This document shows positions 61,988-64,000 of a stretch of 64,000 nucleotides of DNA, piece by piece. This DNA comes from Craspedostauros australis (Eukaryota). The stretch is taken from contig JALAGF010000911.1 of NCBI GenBank assembly GCA_030167865.1, forward strand, positions 1 to 64,000. The letters run 5' to 3'. The position numbers and the translations under genes were made by a program. The stretch's first letter is position 1. The number at the start of each line of letters is the position of its first letter. The notes beneath the pieces are model-generated. The model was not told the origin of the DNA and ran no database searches. It saw only the letters and a list, made by a program, of their open reading frames with translations.

Positions 61988-63702
61988 TCATGATGTCGCA
62001 TTGAAACATACTGAGTTGGGAGTTGTGCACTCTCGGAGGATGTCAAGATACAGCTCTCCGTACCCGTCGTATTCGACCCCACGGGTGAGAAGCTCGGGTG
62101 ATGTGGTCACACCGCCGGTTGTAGGTTCAATCTGGGTATCCTCATGCCATTCTGCTCGGAGAACGTACAGAAGTTTGGTTTCATATCATGTCATGCCATG
62201 CCATTTGTTGATGTTGTTGTTGTGAATAGGATTCGGGATTGCAAATCAGAGAACGCAGTGTGAGGATTGAGTGCGTGTGCTCCGTCGACCTCTTCAATGG
62301 TGTGCTTCGTGCTTCACATTCATCCAGTACATCTTCGGCTTGTACTGCGTCACTTACCATTGAACGAGTTGATCATGATCATGTTGCGCGCTGCTGGATC
62401 CGTCATCTTCGTGGCCCTCGATAGACCCGCGCGGAACAATGTACCCTCCTCCATCTCCGGGGTGAGGCGGCGTGACAGCGGAGGATGGTCTGCTTCGAGC
62501 CGGACTCCGAGATCGTTGAAGCCGGGCGATGCGGCGGGAATGTAAGTACAATTGTGGGCATCGGCCAATGCCTTCCACTTGAGCTGCCTGTTGCTGTAGT
62601 ATTTGTCCACGGCTTCGATACCGGCATAATGCTGCTGTTGCGTCATGCCGCCGTAGACATCGTAGGATGTTGCCGCATCCAGGATGTCGAACGCGCCGTA
62701 TTCCTCATCCAGCGATGGTGGTCCGCGAAAGGTGTGATCTCCGACGACGTAGAGGTCTTTGCCACATGTGGCCTTGACGGTCGCTTTCATCTCGGCCACG
62801 ACGGGACCCAATGCGTCAACTTGCCACAGCACACGAGAGAGGTAGACGAAGAGGACTGGTCTGCCATCGATTGTGAGGTAGTTGGAATGATTGAAGTACT
62901 CGGCACACATGAACTCCATGTCAGGACCGACCCGCTGGATGGTGTAGTTCTCCGATCTCTTCACGCGGCTTGTCGTTTCGTAGAAGAGCGCGATCTTGTG
63001 ATCCCCGAGATGCTGATGGGGCAGGATGGTGTTGCGAATCGTGGTGTCGTCACGTCCGCCTTCGCCCCACCAGCTGGTCACCCACAGCCCGATGTTCGCC
63101 TGCCGACTCCACGCAAGGTGCTGCGCCACGATCCTGGGATCGGAATCGTCGTACTCCCCCAGCGTGGGAAGTTGGATCGGATCCAGCTGCTCACGCAAGT
63201 AGCTCTGACCATAGTGGAAGTCATCTCCGTGCCAAGGATAGTAGTATGTGCCGACGAGCATGTCCGATGCGACCGTGATGTTCCAATCAAAGTTGTCCAA
63301 CCACTCCTGGATCTCCTCAGCTCGTTTCTGCTTCGCATCTTCATCCGAGTCAGCATCGTTGCTGTTGTTGCTGTTGTTGCTGTTGTCGTTACTACCGCCT
63401 CCATCGCCGCTTCCATCATCGCTGCCGTTGCCTCCGGCTGCGCCTGCGTCGTCGGCACTATCCTTCTTGCCAGCACCATCATCGCTGTCCTTCGCACCAT
63501 TCGCAGCCTCGCCACCATTCTGATCACTGTCGCTATCACCACGAGCAGCATCCGACGCAGAACCATTGCCATCCTTGCCTCGCGTGACAACGATGCCGAT
63601 CACCAATCCAAAGATGATGATGAGGACCACCAGCGCAATGGCCGCCCAAAGCAACCGCCTGCGCTTCTTCTTGCGTTCGTACGCTCCAGCTGAACCCGCC
63701 AT
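61988..63702 (-). CDS. GH99-like endo-alpha-mannosidase, copy 5, 2 exons
   Basis: Exons 63702..62358 and 62151..61988. Tail MAGSAGAYERKKKRRR, TM, G/D/N stalk, GTYYYPWH and spliced NSFN-EWHEDTQIEP. Confidence 0.88.
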
Positions 63703-64000
63703 GTCTGCACTTCGTTATTCTCCGTGGTGCATGTGCGGCAGAGAGGCGTCTGCTTTCCTTCGCTCCGCTCTGCTATACTCCACGGATACTCTGCAAGTGC
63801 TGTTGCGGCGACAGTATGGTATAGAACAGAACAGGAGAGTACGGTGAGAAGGACGGTAGTGCTGCACGATCTTTTGCCTGCATCGACAATTCGTTGTTGT
63901 GTGTTTGTCCCTCCTTTCATGATTGTGTCAAAGATGTGATGATCGCAGAGCGAGCAAAGAATGCGCCATGTTGCCAAAGTTGTCATCGTTCCGATTCATC

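Noticed and set aside
62485-63693. 402-aa plus-strand ORF, and similar ones at 18000-19217, 35053-36066 and 51802-52752
   Set aside because: Opposite-strand open frames caused by codon bias in genes with clear motifs.

Overview
Gene-dense eukaryotic nuclear DNA with GT-AG spliceosomal introns. It is almost certainly from a diatom or another ochrophyte, given the aureochrome, the receptor-type cyclase-phosphodiesterase fusion and the diatom-style RXL-bearing mucin-like membrane proteins. I built 22 protein-coding models by hand, reading exon boundaries from splice signals and frame continuity. In order: a 5' fragment of an SLC34 Na+/Pi cotransporter, an MDR oxidoreductase, a mucin-like type I membrane protein with a PDZ domain, a signal-peptide-bearing proteasome alpha-like protein, a second mucin-like membrane protein, an RluA pseudouridine synthase, a PhyH-like dioxygenase, a sulfotransferase-like protein, a ChaN-like/ArsM-like fusion, CHMP2/Vps2, an EF-hand protein, aureochrome 2, a disordered hypothetical protein, Rab1, NDUFS4, a guanylate-cyclase/PDE fusion, DNA ligase IV, and a five-gene array of membrane-anchored GH99-like endo-alpha-mannosidases. 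The array is the most notable feature: its stalks range from about 45 to about 375 aa, and one copy has lost both the catalytic EWHE motif and the intron that splits it in the other four. The ChaN-methyltransferase fusion and the signal-peptide proteasome alpha paralogue come next. No rRNA, tRNA, CRISPR array or intact mobile element was recognised. Family assignments come from motifs recognised by eye, not from database searches.
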